From a virus: DNA of 64,000 bases. The position numbers were made by a program, and so were the translations under genes. Shown here in pieces: positions 34,441 to 45,100 of this stretch (position 1 is the first letter of the stretch; each line of letters starts with the position of its first letter). The DNA lies in IMG/VR virus record IMGVR_UViG_3300049582_000032, positions 37,661-101,660 of that record; one strand, given 5' to 3'. The notes beneath the pieces were generated by a model, which was given only the letters and a program-made list of their open reading frames with translations, made no database searches and had not been told where the DNA came from.

Positions 34441-36931
34441 CCTTTATCCGTGGAGGTCCCTGCACTACGTTAATGGAGACAAATCTCTACCAGTCATCCT
34501 TGGCGACGGGGGAGAACTGTCAGCCACCATTGCATTCGCTGGTAAAGATCTAAGGACAAGTTCAGATTATGATCTGATTTGCTCGACGGGCGAGAACATT
34601 TCCATCATTGCAGATCTTGCTAGTGAGCAAGGCTTCTATACGCATCATGATCTGACAACGGCTCCTTCTGAGTATGCTCGTGCTCCGTGGTTCCGGGAAC
34701 GCGACAACGATGTTGTTGTGACATCAAACGATGATGCGGTACCAATGGTCAGGCTCCTATCTGAGAAGAGAAGGGCTCGGCATAAAGGGCTTGTAGAGCC
34801 TGTCATCTTCCTGACTCTTTCCTATCAACCCCCAAAGCTTCAACTGAAGTGGTTTAAGCAGCTACTGTTTGGTGGCAGGAAGGCAAGGAAAGCTGAGACA
34901 CACGTACAGGAAGCTCTCTTGAACTTCAATAACAGGGTTGAGAGACTGATTGGGCTATTATCCTCAAGGCTTGGCAGCGCCTACCGGCTAAACGCTGAAA
35001 GACAAATCGCATACTGCTATTACGTCCTTACTGGTATTTGGACAGAAAAGTCTGCACCGAAAGAAAGCGGTCTGCCATTCGCATATCTGATGCAAATTCA
35101 AAGAAACGACGATGAGGACGCTCACACATTCAGTGTACGCGCCGTTAATAGTGACGTTCACATTCGAGCAGTTACATTATACGGAATGCCGGAAGAGATA
35201 CGTCCGGAATTTTTTGATGATATGTCCATGCTTGGGGCCGGAATGCGGTGGTGCACAAGAATGATCCTTGTTCCCCCTGCAATGGTCCGTGAAGAATACA
35301 CCCAGCAATGGATACGCTACAAAAGCGGCATGATGGATATGCGGCAGAGCTTCAAGAAAGCTGTTACCGGAGAGGGAGAGGTAGACCCGGTACAGGAGGA
35401 ACTGGCAAACGTTGCAAGAGAGGATGTTAAGGAGACTTCGAAGTGTGCCTGGGGAGCACAGCTTGTAAGTTCCGTCATTATCTATAGAACAAGCGCTGAT
35501 CTTGCCGACGAGGCTGCCGACATGGTGGCTGAGTACATCACAAGAAAGAAGAAGCCATGCGCAGTAGAGGATGTTGGAATCAAGCTTGCATTTGCTACAA
35601 CCGTCCCTGGATGTTCCGAGTACCACGCCTCTCGTGATCTTCTTCCTGACTGGCCAGCAGCAAGTTCGCTGCCATGCTCTGTTCCGTACACAGGTCCTGA
35701 CTCAAGGGGTGGAATGACTAGTCTCAAGCAGTCAGTGGCGTGGCAGTTCACCATCAAAGATATTTTCCCCGCCAGGGTGGATTTCGGTAATGGTCAGAAC
35801 AGGCACTTCAATATTACAGCACCTGTGAGGGCTGGCAAATCAACATTCCTGCAAAAGATTATCGCTGACATTCTTGCGAATATGGAAAACCCGTTCGTCT
35901 ACCTTCTGGATGTCAATGTCAATCAGTCCGCATCAAGGATTGCATGTGAAGCAATGGGCGGCGTAGTGCTTTCATTCGGAGAAGGTACGGCAGCGGTCCA
36001 ACCCTTCCGTGATATAGATGATTCGAAGCGAAGGAGTGTTGCAAAAAGATGGGTTAAGCAATGCATACGCGCTCATGGGTTCGATGATAGAAGACCATCG
36101 GTTGATAGACGAATTGAAGAAGCTTTCAACCTATTGGCAAGGTACGGTAAGGAGCATCGGACAACAGAAAACTTCATGCGCTTTGTTCAGGATTTAGAGA
36201 TAAAGCAGTGCATGAGGCCCTTTGCAACTGGTGACTATGCCCCACACGTTGGCGGCAACAGGAACCTTATCGGCCAGCCGCCTTATGTCGTTGTGGACTG
36301 CACCGGGCTTATGAGCGGAGAGAGTGTTGATGAGCAATCGGCCTGCGTTATCTCTGCTTTGATCGACGAGATCACATTCACAGTATCGAAACACACCGGA
36401 CATGTGCAGCTTTGCATTGATGAAGCGGCTCAGGTCTTCCCGTTCATTGGAGGCTCGCTAAAAACAGCGTACAAATCCTGGCCAAAGCAGGGGGGAGGTA
36501 TTTCGCTCGTAATACATAACCCAAGCGACCTTGACGAAATGGGAGCGACGGGCCGTGTTATTACACAGAACGTTGGTGCATGGGTATGTCTTATGGATCA
36601 GAAGGCAAAGGACAACCCTGCATACGCGAAGCACCTGCAATTGACAGACTTCCAAATGGCTCTTCTTTCCGAAATGCGGAAGGGAGATTTCATGCTAAAG
36701 GTTGACACAAACGTAAGGGTGCTCCAGACAGACCTTTCTCCACTTGAAAGGTGGGTGTTAGGCCAAGGCGGACATGAAGCGTACCTGCTCGCTGAAAAGC
36801 TGGACAGAATATCGAACACAACTGACGAATATGGCATCAACTTGCTCAAGGAGGGCAATTTCTATGATGAAGCGAAGTGGATTGAAGGTCGTTCTGGCAG
36901 CAGCATCATTCACGGTCTTGCTGCCGAGTAG
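34433..36931 (+). CDS. virB4: VirB4/TrbE ATPase
   Basis: About 830 aa; N-terminal YPW...G.L......G.DL; AF..TVPG; Walker A HFNITAPVRAGKST; VQPF..ID; Walker B CIDEA. Confidence 0.85.
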   Translation: MDSLYPWRSLHYVNGDKSLPVILGDGGELSATIAFAGKDLRTSSDYDLICSTGENISIIADLASEQGFYTHHDLTTAPSEYARAPWFRERDNDVVVTSNDDAVPMVRLLSEKRRARHKGLVEPVIFLTLSYQPPKLQLKWFKQLLFGGRKARKAETHVQEALLNFNNRVERLIGLLSSRLGSAYRLNAERQIAYCYYVLTGIWTEKSAPKESGLPFAYLMQIQRNDDEDAHTFSVRAVNSDVHIRAVTLYGMPEEIRPEFFDDMSMLGAGMRWCTRMILVPPAMVREEYTQQWIRYKSGMMDMRQSFKKAVTGEGEVDPVQEELANVAREDVKETSKCAWGAQLVSSVIIYRTSADLADEAADMVAEYITRKKKPCAVEDVGIKLAFATTVPGCSEYHASRDLLPDWPAASSLPCSVPYTGPDSRGGMTSLKQSVAWQFTIKDIFPARVDFGNGQNRHFNITAPVRAGKSTFLQKIIADILANMENPFVYLLDVNVNQSASRIACEAMGGVVLSFGEGTAAVQPFRDIDDSKRRSVAKRWVKQCIRAHGFDDRRPSVDRRIEEAFNLLARYGKEHRTTENFMRFVQDLEIKQCMRPFATGDYAPHVGGNRNLIGQPPYVVVDCTGLMSGESVDEQSACVISALIDEITFTVSKHTGHVQLCIDEAAQVFPFIGGSLKTAYKSWPKQGGGISLVIHNPSDLDEMGATGRVITQNVGAWVCLMDQKAKDNPAYAKHLQLTDFQMALLSEMRKGDFMLKVDTNVRVLQTDLSPLERWVLGQGGHEAYLLAEKLDRISNTTDEYGINLLKEGNFYDEAKWIEGRSGSSIIHGLAAE

Positions 36932-37565
36932 CGTTGCATTTTCTCAGACAATGCCAGTAGGCGGCGGTATTGGTGGCCTAGCCGACTCGATAGGAGGCGC
37001 GCTTGGTTTTGGTGGAGGGAGATCTACAAAGGCAGAACAGCTTGCACAGATTGCATTGCAAAAGCAGGAACTGTCAGCAGCATTACAGATGCTTGAGCAT
37101 TTTGAAATTGGTAATGAACTTATGGGGATATTTCAACAATCCCTTGGAATTCAGAATGTTGTTGAAGAGGTAATACACTATGAGGTCCCAGGAGAGTTGA
37201 CGCAGAGATATGAGATCATCAGTCCCGTTGAGCACGAGAGACTTACAAGAGAGCGTCAGGCATACATGAACGATCTTGACGCCGAGATTGCTGACCTTGA
37301 AGCGGCTCTTGTTCTTGATGAGAACCAATTCGAGTCATTGGCTGTTGGCATAGAAAGGATTCAGGAGCCACGCTCCGACAAACAAGCCATACAGGCACAA
37401 TTTGTAGCCGATCAAGCGCGCCTTGAGCATGACAGACGCAAGGCTGCAATTGAGATCCTTCGGAACAAGCGAGAAGACTTGCGCAGGCAAATCGAGGAAG
37501 CTCACAACAACTCACAGGCTGCCGCGCTTAAATGCATTGACAGTCCCATTGACGTTAAGTGCTAG
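36864..37565 (+). CDS. VirB5/TrbJ-like minor pilin
   Basis: Signal peptide, Gln-rich coiled coil, S.KQAIQA motif, position after virB4. Confidence 0.6.
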   Translation: MMKRSGLKVVLAAASFTVLLPSSVAFSQTMPVGGGIGGLADSIGGALGFGGGRSTKAEQLAQIALQKQELSAALQMLEHFEIGNELMGIFQQSLGIQNVVEEVIHYEVPGELTQRYEIISPVEHERLTRERQAYMNDLDAEIADLEAALVLDENQFESLAVGIERIQEPRSDKQAIQAQFVADQARLEHDRRKAAIEILRNKREDLRRQIEEAHNNSQAAALKCIDSPIDVKC

Positions 37566-37843
37566 TGATGGAAATCGAGAACGGGAAATTTGTATTGCGG
37601 ACCTTGCCCTCCAGTCGTTCAAGGAGGGCTTGGCTCGCCCGTAGATACGCAAATCTAGCGCTTGAGGTCATAGCAAGAACCGCCAGGACAATTCTCGTCA
37701 TGGCCACAGCCGTATTCGGGACTACCATGCTTTGGTATGATCCGCTTCACGTGCCGTGGCTGATTGTCATGGCTGGACTGGTCATAATGCTTGCATTCGT
37801 TCATAAAATGTGTCATACAGTAAAAAGAAACAGGATGTTCTAA
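37559..37843 (+). CDS. Small two-TM protein in the trbK position (possible exclusion factor)
   Basis: Lies between virB5 and virB6; hydrophobic. Confidence 0.4.
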   Translation: MLVMEIENGKFVLRTLPSSRSRRAWLARRYANLALEVIARTARTILVMATAVFGTTMLWYDPLHVPWLIVMAGLVIMLAFVHKMCHTVKRNRMF

Positions 37844-38856
37844 TGGACCCGTCACTCGCATCACAAACCCTGGCGTCTCTTGAAGCTCTGACTGTACAGG
37901 TTTCTGAAGGTCTTCAGGAATGGTCATGGGTTGTATTCACGGCCTTCACGGTTTTCACTGTACTGACTGGATACGCGAAGGAAGCGGCAAAGGGGAACCT
38001 GCTGCCAACGGCATTCTTTGGTGAGCAAACAGTACATAAGTTCATCGCCGGTTCTCTGATGATTGGGTATTTCGCACTTGCAATGCCGTTCATGGAGGTT
38101 GTCAGGGAAGCGGGCATGACACTATCCGGCTCGGATCAAGGGACAGTGCCGATTGGTGAGATTTTCAGGCAGGCAGATACTGTCACTGAGAGAATTAACG
38201 CTACGATTGACTCTTTCCAAAGCCTTGGATGGATGGACCAACTTAAGGCAATACCTCAACTCATGTCGTTAAGGATCATGGGCTGGTTCGTGCACGTGAT
38301 ATATATATTCATAGCACTAATATCGTTTTGGGTATACGCAAAGTTCCTCATGGGATACATGGTTGGCGGGTTTTTTATTGGCGGCGTATCCGGAGAGACG
38401 ACAGAGCACCTTGGTAAGCAATCCTATTTCTATGTCATCAAGTCAACTCTCCCGCTCTTTCTTCTTGCGGTCTTACAGGGATACAGTGCAAACCTTCTCA
38501 ACAGCACTGTCACCCCATCAGGGATCATAAAGACCGCAGAGATATGGGCGATAATGTGGACGCAGCTTATCGTTCTTTTCCTCTGCATCGTTGCGGCAAT
38601 GGTTCCGACTGAATGGATGAGCGGAATTGCAAGCATGTCTGGAGCACCATCCCTGTCTAGCCTGCCAAGAACTATGGGAGGCATGGGCGGGTCTGTAATA
38701 AACGCCTTGAGGTCTTCGACATCTTCAAGAAACTCAATCTCAAGTAGTTCATCTGGCGGTGGTGGTTCACTACCATCACCAGCATCTGGTGGAGGCGGCG
38801 GTAGGGCAAACGGTGTCCCAATGCTTACCTTCAATCCATCACGTAGAACACCTTAA
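37843..38856 (+). CDS. VirB6/TrbL inner-membrane protein
   Basis: Five or more TM helices plus a Gly/Ser-rich C-terminal tail typical of TrbL; position. Confidence 0.7.
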   Translation: MDPSLASQTLASLEALTVQVSEGLQEWSWVVFTAFTVFTVLTGYAKEAAKGNLLPTAFFGEQTVHKFIAGSLMIGYFALAMPFMEVVREAGMTLSGSDQGTVPIGEIFRQADTVTERINATIDSFQSLGWMDQLKAIPQLMSLRIMGWFVHVIYIFIALISFWVYAKFLMGYMVGGFFIGGVSGETTEHLGKQSYFYVIKSTLPLFLLAVLQGYSANLLNSTVTPSGIIKTAEIWAIMWTQLIVLFLCIVAAMVPTEWMSGIASMSGAPSLSSLPRTMGGMGGSVINALRSSTSSRNSISSSSSGGGGSLPSPASGGGGGRANGVPMLTFNPSRRTP

Positions 38857-38877
38857 CAAAGGAAACGGAGAATTCAT

Positions 38878-39495
38878 ATGAGAAACAAAGTAAGCGATGA
38901 TAATGAATTAGGTAAAAAGCTTCTTTCCAATGAGCAACTAGGTAAGAGGATAAGCAGCCTTTCATGGGTGGTCGGCGGACTGACCTTAGCCGTAGTCGCA
39001 ACGTCAGCAGTGAGCTTTGCGAACAACAAAGACAAGCCGCTCCTTCTCTACAATGGCGTTGTCTTGACTGAATATAAGAGCGTCCTAGAGAACCTGACAG
39101 AAGCTGAAAGGGCTCTCATTGCCAAGAGCACATATGAGGGCTTGAGGCGCAGAACAGGCATAGCAAAAGTTGACGGAGAGCAAGTCGGCGCATGGCTTAG
39201 TAACATCACTCCAAATGGTGTCAAGGCATGGCAGGCAACTGGAGATAGGTGGAAGAAAATCAATTTCGTACAGCCCGGTTTCAGTCGAGCCGTTAGAGTT
39301 CTGTCCACGCAGCCAGACTTGGTTACACCTTATGCCTTCACGATCAACGCTATCGAGACAGAGGCGGAAGTTGGGAAACCATTAGCAAACAAGTCATACA
39401 ACGTCAGGTTAACGCTATTTTTCACAGACCCTGAAAAGGGAAATGGTTTCATGCTGGATGGGATCGCACTTCATAACGAAGAGGAAACGAAATGA
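38878..39495 (+). CDS. VirB8/TrbF-like protein
   Basis: Single N-terminal TM plus NTF2-like alpha/beta region ending in a GF...I strand; position. Confidence 0.6.
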   Translation: MRNKVSDDNELGKKLLSNEQLGKRISSLSWVVGGLTLAVVATSAVSFANNKDKPLLLYNGVVLTEYKSVLENLTEAERALIAKSTYEGLRRRTGIAKVDGEQVGAWLSNITPNGVKAWQATGDRWKKINFVQPGFSRAVRVLSTQPDLVTPYAFTINAIETEAEVGKPLANKSYNVRLTLFFTDPEKGNGFMLDGIALHNEEETK

Positions 39496-40358
39496 AAAAG
39501 CTGCTTTTATCTGTATCGGCGCTGGCTATTTTAAGCGCGTGCGCCTCGAATGAGGAACCACCGTCTTTCGCTCACTCTGCCCCGCCACCGGCTCCCGTCA
39601 ATGGCGTGCTATCAACGGGCGTAACTCTGCCTCTTATTCAAGGCATCTTCTCTTCTTCACGCAAAGAGCGTCGTTCTTCTCCAGGGGTTAAGCGTCCTGT
39701 CAAGAGTGAAATGTCCGGTCCAACATGGATACCGGAATTCAACCCTGACAGTGAGTATGTCATACCAGTCCAAACGACCAATGAGACTGGCACAAGAATG
39801 GTGCAGCAGGTTCTCGTTACATCCGATCTCCCCGCTGGCCTTGGAACTTGCGCAACAAAGGGTGTGCAAGCAACTCATGTCGGGAACGGATTCGCTATCA
39901 CTCTCTTCCCAGGTGCTCCTGTCGGAAGCGAGCAAACTTGCAGCGTACAATTTGGCGGTATGACAGCAAAGCTGACTGTTAAGGCTGTAAGCAAGAAGTC
40001 AATCTCCGAAGTTCGGTTCATTGGAAGGAAGAAGCGCGGCGGATCTGGCGACTTCCCATCCGGTGTTTGCCAGGACGCCAATTACACTGTCTCGAAGATT
40101 GTTCCAGAGGGGCCGCTTGGAGCGTGCACTATCGTTGATGCAAATGGAGCCGGGACAGCCACCTACATCAAATTCCCAGGAAACGTACAGCACCTTCCGA
40201 TTGTCGAGACGGATGACGGCGGACAGTTGAGACTGGCGAATTTCAAATATTCGAGACTTCCAAGTGGCGAACAGTTGCTCCGTATTCAGGGATCGGTAAG
40301 GCAAGCGCGCCTGACCTACCAGACTGGAGAGAGCATCTATATGACAAGGGGCAGGTAA
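39492..40358 (+). CDS. VirB9/TrbG-like outer-membrane core protein with lipobox
   Basis: LSAC lipobox; C-terminal ANY...TYIKFP....LP......LANF...RL pattern. Confidence 0.65.
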   Translation: MKKLLLSVSALAILSACASNEEPPSFAHSAPPPAPVNGVLSTGVTLPLIQGIFSSSRKERRSSPGVKRPVKSEMSGPTWIPEFNPDSEYVIPVQTTNETGTRMVQQVLVTSDLPAGLGTCATKGVQATHVGNGFAITLFPGAPVGSEQTCSVQFGGMTAKLTVKAVSKKSISEVRFIGRKKRGGSGDFPSGVCQDANYTVSKIVPEGPLGACTIVDANGAGTATYIKFPGNVQHLPIVETDDGGQLRLANFKYSRLPSGEQLLRIQGSVRQARLTYQTGESIYMTRGR

Positions 40359-40359
40359 A

Positions 40360-41274
40360 ATGGCTAGAATGATCAAGGGCGTTGTGATTGGAACGGGGCT
40401 TGTTGCTTGCCTTGGCCTTGGAGTCGCGGCGGCAGCGTATGGGGGTGGCCGTCTCTTTGGCTTCTTCGGAGGCGATGAGGTCAAGAAAGTGGAAGTTGTG
40501 GCTCCTCTCAGCGTGGAATATGGGGATGAACCTAGACCAGAGCCGGAACCGAAACCAACACCTGAGCCAAAGCCAAGGCCGACAGCCTCTGAAAGAATTA
40601 TAAGAGCGTCACAAGAAAACAGGAATACGCAGAACAAGAAAGATCCAGAAGAAACCCTAGCTGAGAAATTCCTGGCGCGCGTAAATGCAGGAGAAATGCT
40701 TACGTTTGGCGATAAGATAGAGAGCAGGGAGGGTGGATTTTCTGACGGAACGTGTTCAACATTGCGGCCATACAGGGTACGTGCCATTATCTCTGACAAT
40801 GCAACAACGGATCAGCCTGGAATGGCATACGGGATGGTAACTGAAAACGTGCAAGGTGAAGAGAGCGATGGCAGTCCATGTGTTGCTGTCCCTGCCGGTT
40901 CTGTCATAACGACCATGGTGGCTCAAGTAGGAGAATACGCCACCAACAGAGCGGACGTGATGGTAGAGAAGCTATGGACGACAGACGGAACAGAGATCGA
41001 GATCAAGCAGCCTGCAAAGCACGTTGATGGAGTTCCTGGCGTTGTAGGTGAGGCTAACCATCATGTTTGGAGCAAAACCCTGGCAATGGTTGGCGCTATT
41101 GCATTCAGAGGATTTGATAACATCACAAGCATTGGACAGTTCAATACCGGGCAAGCCACTGACCCGATACAGGATGCTATAGCCAAGAAGTTCAACAGGC
41201 CATCGGAGATCAAATTCGAGCGTGGCGTTGCCGTTGAGTTCGATCTGATGCCAGTAACTACACCTGGATACTAG
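40360..41274 (+). CDS. virB10: VirB10/TrbI
   Basis: N-terminal TM, PE/PK-rich linker, TDQPG...G.VTENV, VPAGS, DG.PGV.G..NHH, NRP.EI...G. Confidence 0.8.
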   Translation: MARMIKGVVIGTGLVACLGLGVAAAAYGGGRLFGFFGGDEVKKVEVVAPLSVEYGDEPRPEPEPKPTPEPKPRPTASERIIRASQENRNTQNKKDPEETLAEKFLARVNAGEMLTFGDKIESREGGFSDGTCSTLRPYRVRAIISDNATTDQPGMAYGMVTENVQGEESDGSPCVAVPAGSVITTMVAQVGEYATNRADVMVEKLWTTDGTEIEIKQPAKHVDGVPGVVGEANHHVWSKTLAMVGAIAFRGFDNITSIGQFNTGQATDPIQDAIAKKFNRPSEIKFERGVAVEFDLMPVTTPGY

Positions 41275-41286
41275 GGAGATCGGGGG

Positions 41287-41646
41287 ATGAGTAAACGCGA
41301 GAAACGGTATGTCGAACAGAGGGGTGAGGACATCGTTGGCTCTATCGGTGCAAGGCGCATTCCACCAGACAAGATCGAGTGGATTGCGTCAGAAGCCAAG
41401 CGCACAGGACGAACACAACGAGCGCTCATTGAGGACATTATCGAGAGCTTCCTGAAGCACAGAAAGGGGCTAAAAGACAGATTCTCATATACGGTGCTAC
41501 CGAAGCATACGGGCAAGATTTTCCGCGTATTCCTCCGCGCAGATCTGCTTTATGACGCACTTGAGGCTATTGAGGAAGACGGAATTTGCAACGGCGACTT
41601 TATAAATGCTGCTATCGATTACGAAATTGCGAAGGGATGTCGCTAG
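41287..41646 (+). CDS. Tandem RHH-like DNA-binding protein
   Basis: RIPPDKIEWIASEAKRTGRTQRALIEDIIE plus a second repeat. Confidence 0.6.
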   Translation: MSKREKRYVEQRGEDIVGSIGARRIPPDKIEWIASEAKRTGRTQRALIEDIIESFLKHRKGLKDRFSYTVLPKHTGKIFRVFLRADLLYDALEAIEEDGICNGDFINAAIDYEIAKGCR

Positions 41647-41700
41647 AGCCTGAAAAATCTGTTCCATTTGTGCTTGAAGAGAAGATGATCTTCAGGCACT

Positions 41701-42153
41701 ATGGGGCAACTACCTACCACAAATGAGGGTGTTATGACATCGACTGGATTTTCGGTAGAAAGGCAGCGAGGAAAGAGCACAACAAGAACAAAACGAAAAA
41801 CAGGGGAAGTTACTATCGAAGTATCTTTGGGTGATTTTCCAGTTGAGATCCATCAAGAAATAAAGGATTTTTCGTCAAGAGACATGACCGTATCAAGTAT
41901 TTACTCTGACGCAATTCGGAAGCTGCGCGCCGATCTTGATTCTGGAACAAAATTTCATCCAATTAACATCCCCAATGGAGGAAAAGACATTAAGATATGG
42001 ATCTCGGAAGAGGCCAAGGAGGATCTACGATACTTGGTGTTTAAGTTAGCTGGATTTCACAAGGAGGTTGTTTATTTCGCGGCAACTCGCTGGCTGGAAG
42101 ATGAGCGGAGCAAGTTCAACAAAAGGAGGAATGCTCAAGGCGTAGCGCCGTAG
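41701..42153 (+). CDS. Tandem RHH-like DNA-binding protein
   Basis: Two strand-helix-helix repeats; 3' end overlaps the giant virion gene by 19 bp. Confidence 0.5.
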   Translation: MGQLPTTNEGVMTSTGFSVERQRGKSTTRTKRKTGEVTIEVSLGDFPVEIHQEIKDFSSRDMTVSSIYSDAIRKLRADLDSGTKFHPINIPNGGKDIKIWISEEAKEDLRYLVFKLAGFHKEVVYFAATRWLEDERSKFNKRRNAQGVAP

Positions 42154-45100
42154 ATCTCGCGCAACTCCTGCTGACGTGGGCGTGCGACCTTCGGAACATA
42201 TTTCTCTCTCACAGGTCCACGCCCCACTATCTCCTCCTGCATCTTTCTCTTCAGCGCTTTCTTGTCTATTATGATAAGCTGATGGTACCTTTTCTTCTCC
42301 AGAACCTTATCATTGTGCGCCTGGATCTCTGATATTGTCTCTTGGTACTTGTCGATCAGTTCCTTGAACTTCTCATCATCCCCAGCATTCGCAGCTTCCG
42401 CAGCTTCGATCTTCAGCTTGGCCAGCTTTCTGTAGTAGCGCGACTTTGCCTCCTGTGTCGCCTTGCCCGCTCTGGCCTGCGCCCACTCCATTTCCCTGCG
42501 TTCCGCAACGGTGCGCGGGTTGAATCCGAGTGACTTAACTGCCGCATCAAGATCGCTGATCTCTTCCTGTCCCATGACAGGATCACCTCTCTGCGTTCTG
42601 ACACCTTCCTTACGCCACAACCAGGACTGCGCGATGTTCCTTGCAATCAGCGGCATAAGCGCCATGGCCATTCCGGCAGCACGGTCATCTCTGTATGCGC
42701 CAAGGAACTCAAGTCCACGGCCCCACGCAAGAGAAACAGGGATGCCTCCAGCCTCCTCCATTGTACGAGGAACGATCTTGCCCATGCCAATTCGATCCGA
42801 CATATCGATACCAAGCGCACGAACCGGACCATGCAAAACCATCTCTGCCGCGAACGGAGAGCCTGTAAACTCGTCAACGTCCTTTCGGATGTTCGCCTTA
42901 AGATCCTCGTCAATGCCGCTCCACCACTTCCAAAACAATTCCAAGGCCCACATGGCGTCATCGGATGCAGGCAGGCCACGCAACCCACCAGCCCCGAGCA
43001 AGGCGAACATCATCATGGCCCACGTCGAAAAGCCCTTTTTGTGCAGAACAGCAGTCTTATAGTGCAACTCCAGAGTGTTAAGGATGAATGGCTTGAACTG
43101 TAAAAAAGCCGCGCCCATCTTGCGCATGATTTTCGCACGGTTGATCTTCCCGGCGTCGTACTGCGTCTCATCGACAATGAACTTTGCGTACTGGAGAGCG
43201 AAATCTGTCCCCAGAGCCGTTGGTGTGAACAAGACTTCCTGAGCAAGCTGCTGATCTCTCAGTATATCCTTTGCCTTCGACTCGAAGTTCGGATCTCTCT
43301 TGGCAATACGGTATGCGGCTATAAACGTCACCAGCCGGTTCGCCCTCTCGCTCAGAGTTTGCGGGATCGCCATTCCGTCAACAAACCCCCTGGCTGCCTC
43401 GCTGATCTTGCTGGAGGACGACTTCGTGTTGTACGCAACCCCTACGATATCGTGCATGGCAAGTGGAACAAATTCCCCCTCATCCCATGCCTGCTTGAGA
43501 GCATTGCGAACGTCTCTTGGGGCTTTGTTCGGATTGAAAATCTCCTTTCCGTTTCCGAACATCAAGGCTACATCCTTGTACGCCCTGGCAAGTTCAAACT
43601 CAACACGAGCCGGATTTGAGAATAAGCTCAAGTACGGCCCGCTGATCAAAGGAACCTGTGTCAAGTTTGCTACCGCATTGGAGAAGTTGCCGGCAAGAAA
43701 CATGATGAACCCTGTCTGCCTGAGGGCTGCAAACTCCTCTTGCGGGTTGTTCACATAATCGCGGTAGTCGTTGGCGTATCTCAGTTCTCTCGGCTTGTTC
43801 TTCGGTATCTGCTTGATCGCATTTTCCCAATCCGCATGATGCTGCCGGCGAGCAAAGAACCCGCTGAAACTCATGACATAATCGGCAATTGCCTTCTCTA
43901 TGTCTGTCGAGTAGCCGGGGATATTCTTGGCACCGAGAAAATGCTTCCTGAAGCCCTTGGATTGCGCCTCTGCGAACAGTTCCTGAACTTTGTTCTCAAG
44001 GTCTGGACCCTGTAGCTGAGTTAGTTCCGCAAGAACGTCACGCTCACCGATCTTCCTGTTATCCTCATTCGAGGCTACCTGGAATGTCCGTATGTCGGCC
44101 CCAGGATATTTTTGCTCAAGTTCCCTCTCCTTGGCCGCGATCTCAGGCAATCCGCGATATCTCTTCCATGCACCCCTTACTCCCTTCACCTCGAAAACTT
44201 CCGAGTGCAAGGTGGTTTTCTGACCCGTCGCCGGGTCTACCTGTTCCGCGACGACGACCATGTTTCCGAATCTGGAGAAGGGGATATATCCTGTGCGTTT
44301 GGCTTGACGGATATCGTTCAGAAGTGCGGCAAGCGTCCTGAGCTTCTTTGCCTGCCCCCTTGGCGTTCCAGGAACAACCAAGGCCATAACCTGTGCGGGT
44401 GTGTTCACAACGGCAGGATCAAGACCGAAATCCCTGACAATCTGATCCCGGTACTTATCCATGGCGAGATCCATCATGGACCTGACGCTTCTATACGCCG
44501 CAACCTCTCCAGCATCCAAGGTTACGGTTTCCCCTGCCTTCATAAGACCTGTATCTTGGGCCGCTGTAACGGTAATCGTTCCGTTTTGCGATGCCTGGAA
44601 AACACGCTGCGTCAGCCTGCCAAGTTCAAGAACCTTGTTTACCTTTTCCTTTCTTGAAGAGGAAAGTTCACGATATTCTGTGTACTCCTTTCCCAATTCA
44701 GAGATCGTCTTGTCGCGTGTGGCAAACTGCTTTTTGGCTGCTGTGTACACCCTTGCGAACGATCTGGAAAACGCAGCAACTGTGCGTGGCGAGATCGTCC
44801 AGAATCGAAGAAGCCCCATGTCATGGGTGAACTGGAAGTCCCCTCTTGATACCCTTGCGAACTTTGTTTCAAGAGCCTTGCCACCGCTCGAGTCTTTAAG
44901 CTGTCCAAGAGCCTGTCCGATAAGAGTCTCTGACCTCTCTCTTTGAGCCTCTGTATCCCTTGGCCGTGAACCAATCTCTCCAGACTCAATGCCAGCGTAA
45001 ACATCGCTTGCAGACATAAAACCATTACCACGCAAGGCGCTATCTAGAGCCGATAGAAAATCTTTGATCTTCTGATAGATCTTCGCAAATATTCCAGTAG

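Noticed and set aside
30336-42153. Independent Tn4371-like ICE inserted in a prophage
   Set aside because: No integrase, att repeats or ICE backbone genes flank the operon, and its end overlaps a virion gene. Not fully excluded without the rest of the contig.
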